DNA of 64,000 bases. It comes from Leptonemataceae bacterium. GTDB taxonomy: Bacteria > Spirochaetota > Leptospiria > Leptospirales > Leptonemataceae. Under the pieces are notes generated by a model that had not been told where the DNA came from, made no database searches, and worked only from the letters and a program-made list of their open reading frames with translations. Positions 29,063 to 41,618 of this stretch are shown here, piece after piece. The number at the start of each line of letters is the position of its first letter. The first letter of the stretch is position 1. Both the position numbers and the translations under genes were made by a program. The stretch lies in assembly GCA_965227295.1 (NCBI GenBank), contig OZ245742.1, positions 1,888,001 to 1,952,000 of the forward strand, written 5' to 3'.

Positions 29063-30667
29063 CTATTCGATCACGGTACCCTGTACGAAGCGACGAAAAA
29101 TTTCCATCTTACGCAGGCCGAAGACGCGCAGTTTGTTCTCTTTCAGCCATTTCTCGACGCCCAAATACGTGACACCGGGCTGCTCCCGCTTGCGCAGGGA
29201 GACGCCTTCTTCATAGAGAATTCGATACTCACGCTTCACCATTTCCAACTGGCGCGAATACGTTAAGTACGAGTCCACGTCTTCTCCGGTGACGTCTTTT
29301 TCTTTGAGGCGCGCGTTCCACCAGTCGATGAGCACCTTCTTCAAGAATTCCTCCGGGTACTCGCGCACGGTGTTGTTGTTATGATCGAGGTAGAACATCT
29401 CCCCCAGGCCGCGACCGCGCAGGTCGCCCAGGAGAATGCGGTAAAAGACGTTGGGCCCGCAGTGATACAAAAACACTTCCGGTTTTTCTACGCCGGGAAA
29501 GTCTTCTTCCAGCACGCCGTTAGCCATCTTTGCCAGGCTGTCGGTGATGAGGTCGTGGTACGGAACGATGGCGTGTTCGCCCTGGCCCTTGCGGACCACC
29601 GCCGCCGCCGTAGTCATGGGAACGTGCAGGATGTCGTTTTCGTCGACGTTTACGTGATAGGCCTCTTTCAAGAGCGTAACACATTCTTCGAAGAACTTAA
29701 TGGGCACTTCTAGATTGTAGTGCGGACTGCGGTTCCAGTCGCGACTGCCCAGCAGCGGCACGCTGATGATGCTGGCACGATTGAGCTTGTGCTCCCGGGT
29801 TTCGAGGACGATGTTGTAGGCGATGGATCCGCCCAGATCGGGGCCGACGGCTTCTTCTTTGTCTTGTTCCTCGGCCTCTTTTTCCTGGTCGTCGACCTGG
29901 GTCGGCATCTCGCCGGGCTCCGGTTCGTCCAGCAGGCCGTAGACCGTGTAGCGGATGTCCTCGTCGTAATTGACGTCGATCTTGTGGCTACCGGTGATCT
30001 GGTCGACGTTCTCCTTGCGGACGTTCATGTAGAGCCGCAGTTCGTCCAGGAAGGAATCCGTCTGGCGAATGAGCAGAGTCAGCGACTTCAGGTACTCCTT
30101 TTCGATCTGCAACGCCAGGGTGCGGGTGACTTTCAAAACCGAAAGAGTATCGAGGATCTTCTGCACCTCGCGCCAGTTATTCTTCGCGCTTTCGTTGAAC
30201 GTACGGATCTTTTCGTAGAGGCGCTTGAACTTCAGAAACTGGATTTGCCGGCGGTTCTGGGTGCTCTCGAAGTAACGCCGTTCCAGGCGGGAGGCTTCTT
30301 TTTCCAGGGAGTCGTCCGAGGACGTTTCCACGTAGACTCTAAAGCTTTTTTGAATTGCACTTAAGGCCGCGTCCAGTTTTTCGCCGTGGGCCTCGATGGC
30401 GCTCTGTACGTCCGAGGGCAGCCCGACCGACAGGAACTTGTCCCGAATGATTTGGACGGTGCTCCAGTGCGGGCGCAGCACACCCTCAATGGGTTTCTTG
30501 AATACGCGGTGATCGTGGACGTCCCGGTAGGAGATATCGTGGGAGAAGTCCAGATCCTGGAAGGGGCTTGCCTCTCCGGCGCGCTTCGCCCGGGCCTCGT
30601 CCCGGGCTTTCTGTTCGGCCTGGAGGTTCTCCAGTTCGAAGGGATCGTCGGCGAAAGGGTGCAGCAT
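29063..30667 (-). CDS. hypothetical protein
   Basis: 534-aa ORF with host-like codon usage, following ftsH on the same strand. Confidence 0.8.
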   Translation of the reverse strand: MLHPFADDPFELENLQAEQKARDEARAKRAGEASPFQDLDFSHDISYRDVHDHRVFKKPIEGVLRPHWSTVQIIRDKFLSVGLPSDVQSAIEAHGEKLDAALSAIQKSFRVYVETSSDDSLEKEASRLERRYFESTQNRRQIQFLKFKRLYEKIRTFNESAKNNWREVQKILDTLSVLKVTRTLALQIEKEYLKSLTLLIRQTDSFLDELRLYMNVRKENVDQITGSHKIDVNYDEDIRYTVYGLLDEPEPGEMPTQVDDQEKEAEEQDKEEAVGPDLGGSIAYNIVLETREHKLNRASIISVPLLGSRDWNRSPHYNLEVPIKFFEECVTLLKEAYHVNVDENDILHVPMTTAAAVVRKGQGEHAIVPYHDLITDSLAKMANGVLEEDFPGVEKPEVFLYHCGPNVFYRILLGDLRGRGLGEMFYLDHNNNTVREYPEEFLKKVLIDWWNARLKEKDVTGEDVDSYLTYSRQLEMVKREYRILYEEGVSLRKREQPGVTYLGVEKWLKENKLRVFGLRKMEIFRRFVQGTVIE

Positions 30668-30728
30668 GGCTTAACGTACGCTCGCCGTAAGCTACGGCGC
30701 CGGTACGGCGCCGCTCAGGAAGAAACGC

Positions 30729-32759
<2,031 letters not shown>

Positions 32760-32907
32760 GGAATCTACTACCGACGTTTGCCGGATCTCTACAAATATTA
32801 CGTATTTAGCATAATAGCCAGCAAAGGACCGCCCGTCAATCAAACGGGGTTATTTTAAAGTTCAGGACCGGTCCGAAAAAAAAAGGGAAAACACCGGAAT
32901 TCCTTTT

Positions 32908-33016
32908 TTGGGCGCGTCGGCGCAAAGCGCCGACCGGGCTGCTCCGGGCTCCGCTTCGCTGCGGTCTCGCCTGCGGCGAGACTGGCGCTACGCGCCACCC
33001 TGCGCATCCCTCGCGC
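32908..33016 (+). repeat. structured repeat / ncRNA, Flavo-1-like, copy C
   Basis: TTGGGCGCGTCGGCGCAAAGCGCCGACCGGGCT...ATCCCTCGCGC. Confidence 0.65.
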
Positions 33017-33052
33017 GAAGAGTGTGCGGTCGTGATTCTACCCACCCTTCAA

Positions 33053-33117
33053 GGACTGAGTCAGGGGGGAGGACACGCTCAATTGGGAACCGCGTGTCCT
33101 CCCCCCTGACTCAGTCC
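33053..33117. terminator. 26-bp perfect hairpin at the pth stop
   Basis: GGACTGAGTCAGGGGGGAGGACACGC / 13-nt loop / exact complement. Confidence 0.7.
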
Positions 33118-33677
33118 GCCTTAAATTTCTCGACGACCTCGTCGATGTCGCCGTGGGTAATTGAGCGAATTGCGGCTTCGGCGTCGTTGATGATGCTGAT
33201 CAACTGCATGTTTTCGAGGGGCTCGAACTCTTTGCCGACGTAGCGCTTGCGAGAAATCTTGCGCGGCATTTCGCCGCGAATGCCCACACGAACGCGGATG
33301 AACTCCGGAGACTTCAACGCCTCGCGCAGATTCGAGATGGCCGGGTGGGCGTGGTCGTCGCCGCCCTTTTCGACGATCAGCCGGCCCAGGGCCAGCGTGA
33401 AGTCGTCCATGATGACGATGATGTCGTCGGGCTTGATTCTAAGAAACGAAGCGATGTAAAGCGCGGCCTCGCCGGAGAGTTCGGCGAAGGTCTGCGGTTT
33501 CAAGAGGACGATTTCCTCGCCCTCGAAATCTCCGCGGCCGATCAACGACTTCTTTTTCTTCGTGCGGATCTCAATGTCGTTGTTGTTCGCGATGACATCG
33601 AGAATCTTGAAACCGATGTTGGACCGGTGACTGGCGTACTTTTCACCGGGATTGCCGAGTCCAATAATCAGTTTCAT
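33111..33677 (-). CDS. pth: peptidyl-tRNA hydrolase homolog (catalytic motifs degenerate)
   Basis: LIIGLGNPG; LLKPQTF; RVRVGI; position after rplY. Confidence 0.85.
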   Translation of the reverse strand: MKLIIGLGNPGEKYASHRSNIGFKILDVIANNNDIEIRTKKKKSLIGRGDFEGEEIVLLKPQTFAELSGEAALYIASFLRIKPDDIIVIMDDFTLALGRLIVEKGGDDHAHPAISNLREALKSPEFIRVRVGIRGEMPRKISRKRYVGKEFEPLENMQLISIINDAEAAIRSITHGDIDEVVEKFKAD

Positions 33678-33719
33678 GGGCGCGTTTCAGAAATGCCGGG
33701 CCGTGAGCCCGACGCCTCC

Positions 33720-34358
33720 TTACTTCTCTTCGGCTTCTTCGCCCTCGGCCGCGGCTTCCGCCACCCCTTCGCCGCCCGCGGAGTCCGTGCTCTTCACGGT
33801 CATGCGCGAACGCGCCACGCGGACGATGATGGGATCGCCCTGCAGGATGATCTCCCACTCCGGCGGCGTGCCCAGTTGAGAGAGATGCACGCCGTCTTCG
33901 ACGTTCAGATCCGTTACGTCCACGGTGATCACTTCGCGGAAGTATTCCGGCGTCGTGCGCACTTTCAGTTTACTGATGTACTGTTCCAGGGCGCCGCCGG
34001 CCTTCACGCCTTTGGCGAAGCCCGTGGTTTCGATGGGTACGGTGATGATGGTCTTGCGACCTTCGGTTACACGATAAAAGTCCACGTGCAGTACGTCGCC
34101 GCTCACCGGATGACGCTGGATTTCTTTCACGATGACCTGGCCGGACATGTCGCCGCCGTTCACGTCCAACTGGATCAACGTGGAAGTCCGCAGACCTTTC
34201 TGGATCAGTCGCTGGAAGTCTTTGGTCGAGAAGGAAATGACCTGGGACTTGCCGCCGGAAATGACGTTGCCGGGAATCCGGCCGTCTCGACGCATACGCC
34301 CGGCTTCGTTGGTGCCGCGGTCGGTGCGCGCTTCGCTTTCGAGTTTCAGTTCGCTCAT
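33720..34358 (-). CDS. rplY: 50S ribosomal protein L25/Ctc
   Basis: RMRRDGRIPG; KEIQRHPVSGDVLHVDF; GVKAGGAL. Confidence 0.93.
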   Translation of the reverse strand: MSELKLESEARTDRGTNEAGRMRRDGRIPGNVISGGKSQVISFSTKDFQRLIQKGLRTSTLIQLDVNGGDMSGQVIVKEIQRHPVSGDVLHVDFYRVTEGRKTIITVPIETTGFAKGVKAGGALEQYISKLKVRTTPEYFREVITVDVTDLNVEDGVHLSQLGTPPEWEIILQGDPIIVRVARSRMTVKSTDSAGGEGVAEAAAEGEEAEEK

Positions 34359-34405
34359 TTTTGATATGCTCCTGTAGAATTGCCCAAACTTACGTTCAAT
34401 GAATC

Positions 34406-35392
34406 TTAATTGCCCAGAAAGAGGGAGCTCACGGACTCCTCGTTGTGAATGCGCCGGATGGCTTCGCCGTAGAGTTTCGCCACGGACAGCACCGTGATTT
34501 TGTCGATGCGTTTCTCTTCCGGCAACCGGATCGTATTCGTTAGAATGACTTCGTCGATAATGGAATCCTGTAGTCTTTCGATGGCCGGCCCGGAGAGCAC
34601 GGCGTGGGTGGCGCAGGCCATGACCTTCACGGCGCCGTTCTCTTTCAAGGCTGCGGCCGCCTTCGTAATGGTACCGGCGGTGTCGATCATGTCGTCGTAG
34701 AGGATGCAGGTCTTGCCCTCGACGTCGCCGATGACGTGCATGACCTCGGAGACGTTCGCCTGCGGCCGGCGTTTGTCGATGATGGCAAGTCCGGCCTGAA
34801 TTTGCCGCGCCAGGTACCGTGCGCGTTCCACGCCGCCGGAGTCCGGCGACACCACGACCAGCTCGTTGAGTTGTTTCTTCTTAATATATTCCACGAACAC
34901 CGGCGCCGCGTAGAGGTGGTCCACCGGAATGTGAAAGAAGCCCTGGATCTGATCGGCATGCAGATCCATGCAGAGCATGCGATCCGGGCGCATGCTTTCC
35001 AACAGGTCCGCCACGACCCGGGCGGAGATGGGCACGCGCGGTTCCACTTTACGATCCTGACGGCCGTAGCCGTAGTACGGCATTACGCAGGTGATGCGCG
35101 CGGCGGAGGCCCGGCGCAGGGCATCGAGCATGAGCAGGGTCTGCATGAGGTGATCGTTCGCCGGGCTGCTGATCGGCTGAATCAAAAAGACGTCCCGGCC
35201 GCGTACGTTCTCGTCGAGCTTCACGGAGATTTCACCGTCCGAGAAAGTCTTCAAAACGGCGGTGCCCAGAGGTACGCCCAGGTACGAGCAGATTTCCTCG
35301 GCCAGCGGCTGATTGGCCGCCCCGGAAAAGATTAAGAGTTGATAAGACCTGGACACTGACTGCTCTTCCTCCGAGTTGATGGGGTGCTTCAA
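34406..35392 (-). CDS. prs: ribose-phosphate pyrophosphokinase
   Basis: [44 protein letters not shown]. Confidence 0.97.
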   Translation of the reverse strand: MKHPINSEEEQSVSRSYQLLIFSGAANQPLAEEICSYLGVPLGTAVLKTFSDGEISVKLDENVRGRDVFLIQPISSPANDHLMQTLLMLDALRRASAARITCVMPYYGYGRQDRKVEPRVPISARVVADLLESMRPDRMLCMDLHADQIQGFFHIPVDHLYAAPVFVEYIKKKQLNELVVVSPDSGGVERARYLARQIQAGLAIIDKRRPQANVSEVMHVIGDVEGKTCILYDDMIDTAGTITKAAAALKENGAVKVMACATHAVLSGPAIERLQDSIIDEVILTNTIRLPEEKRIDKITVLSVAKLYGEAIRRIHNEESVSSLFLGN

Positions 35393-36162
35393 TTTTGGCT
35401 CACCCGGGCGGCCTGCATCTCACGTTCGAGAGCGGCAAGATCGTCCGGCGAGTTGACGCCGCGCGCTTCGACGGCGTTGTCGAGGATCATGCTGCCGACG
35501 TTCGCGCCCTCGTTGCGATAGAGTTCCACGGCGTCGGGTAAGTAGTACTCGTTCTGGGCGTTATTCGAACCAATGCGGCGCAGCACGTCGAAGATGCCCG
35601 GGCTCTGAAAGATGTACGTGCCCGTGTTGATTTCCTGGATCTTACGGACGTCGTCGTCGGCGTCTTTTTCTTCAACGATGCGCGTAAGCCGACCATCGTC
35701 GTCGCGGACCAGGCGGCCGTAGCCGGTGGGCTCATCCAGGTGCGCGGAAAGAACGGTGACAGCGTTGTTTGCGGACTCGTGGCTCGAAAGCAGTTTGCCG
35801 AAGCTTTCCGGTTTCAGCATGGGCATGTCACCGGACGCCACCAGGACCGGGCCCCTGTAATCGCTGAGGGCCTCCGCCGAACACTGGAACGCGTGGCCGG
35901 TACCGAGCTGCTCCGCCTGCACGGCGAACTCCATGCTCACGTCGTCGATCTCGGGGACAATCTCGCGGACAACTTCCTGTTTGTAACCGACGATGAAGAT
36001 CAGCCTGCGAAAGCCGGCGGACACAAGGTGTTCGATCACATGCACCAGAAGCGGTTTGCCTGCGAGAAGGGTGGCGACCTTGGGGTTTTCGGATTTCATG
36101 CGGGTACCTTTACCCGCCGCGAGGATGACCGCCGCCTTTGCGTCTGTAGATGTGTTCGCCAT
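35389..36162 (-). CDS. glmU: GlmU N-terminal uridyltransferase (no acetyltransferase domain)
   Basis: [40 protein letters not shown]; ends after GVNS. Confidence 0.88.
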   Translation of the reverse strand: MANTSTDAKAAVILAAGKGTRMKSENPKVATLLAGKPLLVHVIEHLVSAGFRRLIFIVGYKQEVVREIVPEIDDVSMEFAVQAEQLGTGHAFQCSAEALSDYRGPVLVASGDMPMLKPESFGKLLSSHESANNAVTVLSAHLDEPTGYGRLVRDDDGRLTRIVEEKDADDDVRKIQEINTGTYIFQSPGIFDVLRRIGSNNAQNEYYLPDAVELYRNEGANVGSMILDNAVEARGVNSPDDLAALEREMQAARVSQN

Positions 36163-36177
36163 TGCGGAAGCGATATG

Positions 36178-36249
36178 CTGGGCCGGGAGGATTCGAACCT
36201 CCGTATGCCTGGACCAAAACCAGGTGCCTTACCGCTTGGCGACGGCCCA
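36178..36249 (-). tRNA. tRNA-Gln(TTG)
   Basis: TGGGCCG acceptor; CCTGG-TTTTGGT-CCAGG; GGTTCGAATCC. Confidence 0.95.
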
Positions 36250-36295
36250 ATCTAACTCAAACAAGAACTATTTCAGCCGGGAGAGGGACCGGCGG

Positions 36296-37189
36296 TCAGG
36301 CTGAATACTCACTGAACTCGCGAAATTCAAAACCCGGAAACGCACGTTGCATGACGGAACAAAGTTCCGTCCGGCGTTCCGGTGAATCCACGAGGCCGTA
36401 GAGGCTCGAGCCCGAACCGGTGAGGGAGGCAAACGATGCGCCATGTTCCAGGAATTTTTCTTTGACTTCGAGGAGCGATCCATGCATGGCAAAGACCGGA
36501 CCTTCGAAATCGTTTTCCAGAACGCGCGCCGTTCGCCAGTCGGAAGCTTCCAGAGCCCGGCGAACCCCTCCGCTGAGTCCCGACAATGTCTTTGGGGGGC
36601 CGCTTCCCTGTAAAGTCCTTTTCAATGCGGAGTAGGCGGCGGGCGTGTCGATTTTTAACAACGGGAAGCACAGCACGCCGTGCATCGCGCCCAGCGTCAG
36701 GGGTTCGATTATGTCCCCGATGCCCGTGACCAGGGCCGGCCGTCGCACCAGAAAGAACGGCACATCGGCGCCCAGGGTGAGGGCAATGCGATGCGCCTCA
36801 TCTTGCGCAAGATCGAAGTGATCGCGCACGCGAGCCAGCACCATGCCCGCGTCGGAGCTGCCGCCGCCGAGGCCGCCGCCGGTGGGCACGCGTTTGATCA
36901 GTTTTACGCTGAGGGGCTCGCGAATCTCGCGCGTGGCGGCCAGGGCGCGCCACACCAGGTTTTTCTGGAGAGCGTCGCCGCGCTCGCTGACGGCGTCGAA
37001 GTCCGCGCGCACGGCTTCCGGCAGTTCGTTGACGGTGCTGAGATGATCGTCTCGGTCCGGCGACGCCTCGATGAAGATCTCATCGCCGAAGTCGATGGGC
37101 ACGAAGATGCTGGAGAGATAGTGGTAGCCGTCGGATTGGCGGCGGTGATGGACCTCTAAGCCGAGGTTGATTTTCGCGGGACAGAGCAT
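36296..37189 (-). CDS. ispE: 4-diphosphocytidyl-2C-methyl-D-erythritol kinase
   Basis: PAKINLGL; KRVPTGGGLGGGSSDA; GADVPFF; LTGSGS. Confidence 0.95.
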   Translation of the reverse strand: MLCPAKINLGLEVHHRRQSDGYHYLSSIFVPIDFGDEIFIEASPDRDDHLSTVNELPEAVRADFDAVSERGDALQKNLVWRALAATREIREPLSVKLIKRVPTGGGLGGGSSDAGMVLARVRDHFDLAQDEAHRIALTLGADVPFFLVRRPALVTGIGDIIEPLTLGAMHGVLCFPLLKIDTPAAYSALKRTLQGSGPPKTLSGLSGGVRRALEASDWRTARVLENDFEGPVFAMHGSLLEVKEKFLEHGASFASLTGSGSSLYGLVDSPERRTELCSVMQRAFPGFEFREFSEYSA

Positions 37190-37237
37190 GTGGCCGGGCG
37201 GCCGCTTCGAAGACGGCCCGGAAGCGGGCCGCGGGGA

Positions 37238-37396
37238 TTACTTGCTGAGTTTCTTTTCGACGTACTTCACGTGCTTGCGGGCCCGCGGATCGTACTTCAT
37301 GACTTCCAGTTTGCCCTGCTGCTTCTTACGGTTCTTGGTGAACGTATAGAAGTGGCCCGTGCCGGCCGTGGACTCGAGTTTCATGAGTTCGCGCAT
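37238..37396 (-). CDS. rpmG: 50S ribosomal protein L33 (zinc-free type)
   Basis: [22 protein letters not shown]...[10 protein letters not shown]. Confidence 0.93.
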   Translation of the reverse strand: MRELMKLESTAGTGHFYTFTKNRKKQQGKLEVMKYDPRARKHVKYVEKKLSK

Positions 37397-37539
37397 AGTA
37401 GCGGCAGAATCCGGCGGTTGATGGGGCTGTCCAGCGAAAAAGGGGAACAGTCTGGAGGGCGAAGGCGGGAGCCTCCGACCGCCGCGAATCACTGCAAAAA
37501 ACACTGGCCCTGAAATCTGTGGCCCTGTTCGTGAAATAT

Positions 37540-38124
37540 ATGATAAAACTTACTAATTGGGGCGCCGGGCTCGTCATTGCCGCAGCCTTGCTGCTGGCCT
37601 GCCAGTCCGGCCCGTCCCTGATCCAACAACCCATCGAAGGTTCGACGGAGCAACTCGGCTACCGGATTACCAGTGTCACCGGGCCTGTGGCGTCGTACAC
37701 CGAAGGCAACTATCGGGTCACTCCGAAAGACCCGACGGAAGGCTACATCCTCGTAAATATCGAGGTCACGAACCGTGGTTCATCTCAGCAAACTGTCGAT
37801 CTATCGGGAACGACCCGTCTCGAACCCCACAAGCGCATCTTGAAAAGCAAGACGAGCGACAAAGAAATTGAAGTGCCGAATATCCCGACAAACGTGCGTT
37901 ACTGTAACGTCTTTTCCGGCTTGCTCGGCGACCTGACCTTTACCGCCGGCTACGAGGAGTTCGAACTGGGACCGGGCGACAGTGCCTGCCGCACGGCCTA
38001 CTACTTCTTCAAGAAAGGCGAACGACCGGAGCGTCTCATCGTGTTTGAATTTGTCGGTGAAAAAGTCGAAGGCAAAGTGCTGAAGACGAATGATCTACTG
38101 ACGATTGAAATACCCGCGCCGTAA
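37540..38124 (+). CDS. lipoprotein (DUF4352-like beta fold possible)
   Basis: Lipobox [17 protein letters not shown]...LGPG. Confidence 0.65.
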   Translation: MIKLTNWGAGLVIAAALLLACQSGPSLIQQPIEGSTEQLGYRITSVTGPVASYTEGNYRVTPKDPTEGYILVNIEVTNRGSSQQTVDLSGTTRLEPHKRILKSKTSDKEIEVPNIPTNVRYCNVFSGLLGDLTFTAGYEEFELGPGDSACRTAYYFFKKGERPERLIVFEFVGEKVEGKVLKTNDLLTIEIPAP

Positions 38125-38157
38125 GCGTGCACACCCGTGGCCCGGTCGCCTGCCGGG

Positions 38158-39741
38158 CTATGGATTCTGCGGATCAATTTCGTACTTGCTCATCTTCAAC
38201 TTGAAGTTCCCGCGATCGAGTCCGCTTTCCCGCGCGGCCTTGCTGATGTTCCCGCCGCTGTTCTGTAGCGCCCGGCGCACGTAACTTTCTTCGAACGCCG
38301 CCTTGGCATCGAAGAAACTCTGCGAATCCGCCGCCGTTGCATCGACGCTTGCCGCTTGCTTTGCCCGTTTCGCCGCGGCTGCGCCCGGTCCCGCCACGTC
38401 GATGTGCGTGGGATCACTCAGTACGTCGCCGCCGGCGTGCAGGATCACCAGGCGGTGCACCGTGTTCTCCAGTTCGCGGACGTTGCCCGGCCAATCCGCG
38501 GCTTCGAGGCGTTGCAGCACGGACGGAGCGAAACCGTCGACGTCCTTGTGTTCGAGCGCGGCGTAACGTTTCAAGAAGTGCCGGCCGAGCAAGGCGATGT
38601 CCTCGCGGCGTTCACGCAGCGGCGGAATGCGTAAGATGATCGTAGCCAGTCGATCAAACAAATCCCGCCGCATGAACGACTCGCCGTCCTCGCTGCTGTC
38701 GCCGGTGAGGTCGCGGTTCGTCGCCGCGATGACACGCACGTTCGTCTGGATTTCCTTTTTGCCGCCGACCCGGCGCAGGGTGCCTTCCTGCAAAAAGCGC
38801 AGCAGCTTGGACTGCATGCCGGGGGACATCTCGCCGACCTCGTCCAGAAAGAGCGTGCCGCCGTCCGCTTCTTCCAGCAGGCCCGGCTTCGTTCGATCAG
38901 CGCCGGTGAAAGCGCCCTTTTCATGGCCGAAGAGTTCGCTTTCGAGCAACGTCTCCACCACGCCGGCGCAGTTGATCTTGATCAGCGGTCCGTCCGCGCG
39001 ATCGCTGCGTTGGTGCAAGGATTCAGCCACTAACTCTTTGCCGACGCCTCTTTCGCCGAGAACCAGGACCGGCGCCTGGGACGGCCCGGCCAGATCGATC
39101 AATCGGCGTAATTCTTCTACGGCCGGTGACGCGCCGATGATCGCTTCGTCCCGGCTCTGTTCCAGCAGGGCCACGGCCTGGTCGCGTTCTTGCTCCACGG
39201 CCTCGTAGCGCCGGCTGTTTACCAGGGAGATGCCGGCCTGAACGGCCAGGCGTTCCAGGAAGTAGTAGTCCTCTTCGTTGAAGGCTGTGTTCTCGTCCCG
39301 GCCGATCGTAAACAGACCGTAGCCCTGCTCGCCGATTTCGAAGAACGCCGCCTCGGTGCGCTTCGGCGCGTGGCCGTGTTTCGCGAAGGCCTTAACCTTC
39401 GAAAGTGCCGCCGTGAGTCCCTCCGCCACGAAGAAGTTGCCCTGTTGTTCCTGAATCGCGTCCGCGCCCAGTTCCAGAACGGCGTGCTCTTTTTCACCGT
39501 CGCCGATGTCCGAGGTGCCGGCGGATTCCAGAAGTTCGAAACGAAGTTTTTTGTGCGAACGGCCGCTCGCCGCGTCGACCGGGGCAGTCCCGTCCGCCAG
39601 GCGCCAGACCTCGGCACTGTCGCATTGCAAGAGCGCGATCGAGGAGAGGGTGATGGATTTCAGGATGTCCCGCGTGTCGAGCTTCGAGCTGATGATCGCG
39701 TTGATCTCAAGCAGCTCCTCGAGCTTCTTCAGGCGGCGCAT
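38158..39741 (-). CDS. sigma-54-dependent enhancer-binding protein with GAF domain
   Basis: GERGVGKE; ESELFGHEKGAFTGA; LFLDEVGE; WPGNVRELEN; Fis-type HTH. Confidence 0.93.
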   Translation of the reverse strand: MRRLKKLEELLEINAIISSKLDTRDILKSITLSSIALLQCDSAEVWRLADGTAPVDAASGRSHKKLRFELLESAGTSDIGDGEKEHAVLELGADAIQEQQGNFFVAEGLTAALSKVKAFAKHGHAPKRTEAAFFEIGEQGYGLFTIGRDENTAFNEEDYYFLERLAVQAGISLVNSRRYEAVEQERDQAVALLEQSRDEAIIGASPAVEELRRLIDLAGPSQAPVLVLGERGVGKELVAESLHQRSDRADGPLIKINCAGVVETLLESELFGHEKGAFTGADRTKPGLLEEADGGTLFLDEVGEMSPGMQSKLLRFLQEGTLRRVGGKKEIQTNVRVIAATNRDLTGDSSEDGESFMRRDLFDRLATIILRIPPLRERREDIALLGRHFLKRYAALEHKDVDGFAPSVLQRLEAADWPGNVRELENTVHRLVILHAGGDVLSDPTHIDVAGPGAAAAKRAKQAASVDATAADSQSFFDAKAAFEESYVRRALQNSGGNISKAARESGLDRGNFKLKMSKYEIDPQNP

Positions 39742-39744
39742 GGT

Positions 39745-40497
39745 TTACTGAAGCAGGATCTTCTGGAGAATCAACTTTTCTTTTGCGTCGAAGTAGTCCG
39801 CGTACTCGGCCATGATCTCCTGGGCCACGTCCTGGGAGAGATAGTCCACCGTGCGGGTGAAGGGCTTTTTATGCAGCGGCTCGTACCACTGGAAGACCAG
39901 GCCGCCGTCCGGTTCATAGATGTCCGCGCCCTGCATTTCGTCGTTTACCGTGGAACGCGTGGGCCGGCCGTAGATGGCGATAAGGCGCTCTTTGACCAGC
40001 GTGGACGGCAGGAATACCGTGCTCACCTTTACGTGAAAGAGCCGGGCTTCCACCTGATCGTGCTCTTCTTCGGTGAGCTGGTGGTTCTGCAGCAGCGCCA
40101 CGTTGTACGGCGTGCGGTAGAAATTGTAGCGGTAGAGCACGTCGTTTCGGCGGACCAGGATGAACTCGTTGCGGACCTCGTTGAGGATTTCCACGCGTTC
40201 GATGCTCGTCGCCGAAGTGGCCAGGTTCTTCAGCCGCGTACGGACCTCGGTATAGGTGGCGCCCCACTGCGCATCGGCGAAACCGTTCAACGGGGACGAA
40301 CCGATCTGCCCGGCCTGGCCGTTCCCCTGTGCGAGGTAAAAGCTCTCCGGTTCGGCGGTATCGTCAAAACCGGCGGGCATTTCTTCGGCGGGGGTGGTGG
40401 GATCGAAAAAGATCTCTTCTTCGTCCATGCCCTGGGCGGAAAGCGGCAGGACGCCGAAAAACAGAACGGCGAAGAGTACGAGTCGGCGGGGATCCAT
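39745..40497 (-). CDS. exported hypothetical protein
   Basis: Signal peptide (LVLFAVLFFGVLPLSA); lies just upstream of the EBP gene on the same strand. Confidence 0.75.
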   Translation of the reverse strand: MDPRRLVLFAVLFFGVLPLSAQGMDEEEIFFDPTTPAEEMPAGFDDTAEPESFYLAQGNGQAGQIGSSPLNGFADAQWGATYTEVRTRLKNLATSATSIERVEILNEVRNEFILVRRNDVLYRYNFYRTPYNVALLQNHQLTEEEHDQVEARLFHVKVSTVFLPSTLVKERLIAIYGRPTRSTVNDEMQGADIYEPDGGLVFQWYEPLHKKPFTRTVDYLSQDVAQEIMAEYADYFDAKEKLILQKILLQ

Positions 40498-40568
40498 GCC
40501 TATATAATCGGAAAAAAACCGGTGGGAAATCAAGGGCAATTTCCCGGGAAATCTCCGCCGCCGCTCCC

Positions 40569-40904
40569 TTATTCCAGGGAGCGCACGGCGTCTTCGACGG
40601 AATCCGCGAGAGAGAGGGCGCCGGCCGCGGCCAGGATCGCGATCTTCCGGATGCGCGGGCCGGCCTCGGCGAGGACGAACTGTCCGCCGCGCTTGCGACA
40701 GTGCATGTGCGCGGAGATGAACGTGCCCGAGATCAGCGAGTCGATGTACTCGACGCAGCCCAGATCAAAGATAAGATTCGGCGGCCCCTGTTTCAGGAGA
40801 TCCTGCACCAGGGTGGCCATTTCCAGGACCGTACTTTGTTCCAGGATGTCCTCCTGGAAAGAGACGAGAGAGTAACTTGAATGGGTGCTGATGTCGTATT
40901 GCAT
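40569..40904 (-). CDS. STAS-domain protein (anti-sigma antagonist-like)
   Basis: LIFDLGCVEYIDS; 111 aa. Confidence 0.8.
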   Translation of the reverse strand: MQYDISTHSSYSLVSFQEDILEQSTVLEMATLVQDLLKQGPPNLIFDLGCVEYIDSLISGTFISAHMHCRKRGGQFVLAEAGPRIRKIAILAAAGALSLADSVEDAVRSLE

Positions 40905-41041
40905 GGATGCTTCCGGTGCTGTTGATACGAATCAGCATAACGCATTCGTGTTCAGAAATTGTGTGCCGAATGCTAAAAGTCTATTCACTGTGTTAAAAAT
41001 TCGATAGCCGGTTCGGCCGCCCGGCGCGCCACAGGAACGAC

Positions 41042-41506
41042 TTACATCATGGACTGGGCGTAGTTTTGTTCGCCCACGCGGCCGATGAGTTCCAGCTGGG
41101 TTTCGAGCCAGTCCACATGATCTTCCTCGGAGTCGAGGATGGACGTCAACAACTGCCGGGATACGAAATCTTCGACCTGCTCGCATAGCTTGATGGCCTC
41201 CCGGAGGTCGGGAATGGCTTCGTGTTCCGTGCGCAGGTCGCATTCCAGAATTTCTTTGACGTTTTCGCCGATGTAGAGTTTGCCCAGTTCCTGGAGATTC
41301 GGCAGGCCTTCCAGAAAGAGAATGCGCTCGATCAACTGATCGGCGTGTTTCATCTCGTCGATGGATTCCTCGTACTCTTTTTGGCCGAGTTTGTCCAGGC
41401 CCCAGTTCTTGTACATGCGGGAGTGCAGGAAGTACTGGTTGATGGCGGTGAGCTCGTTTTTGAGGATTTTGTTGAGGTGCTGGATGACGTCGGCGTTGCC
41501 TTTCAT
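41042..41506 (-). CDS. bfr: bacterioferritin
   Basis: MKG...[12 protein letters not shown]...[10 protein letters not shown]...[11 protein letters not shown]. Confidence 0.96.
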   Translation of the reverse strand: MKGNADVIQHLNKILKNELTAINQYFLHSRMYKNWGLDKLGQKEYEESIDEMKHADQLIERILFLEGLPNLQELGKLYIGENVKEILECDLRTEHEAIPDLREAIKLCEQVEDFVSRQLLTSILDSEEDHVDWLETQLELIGRVGEQNYAQSMM

Positions 41507-41618
41507 AATAGCCTGCAAGAAAGCACAGACACAAAGGCCGTCAAGGCCATCGCGACTTTCTGTTCGTGTGTTTTGAGAAAAGGAATTGAGACTGAGTGTA
41601 AATCCGGATTACCGGCGC

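Noticed and set aside
39190-40875. 561-aa plus-strand ORF (likewise 26440-27534, 22672-23940, 33345-34364, 5627-6709)
   Set aside because: Antisense shadows of well-supported genes, as expected in high-GC DNA
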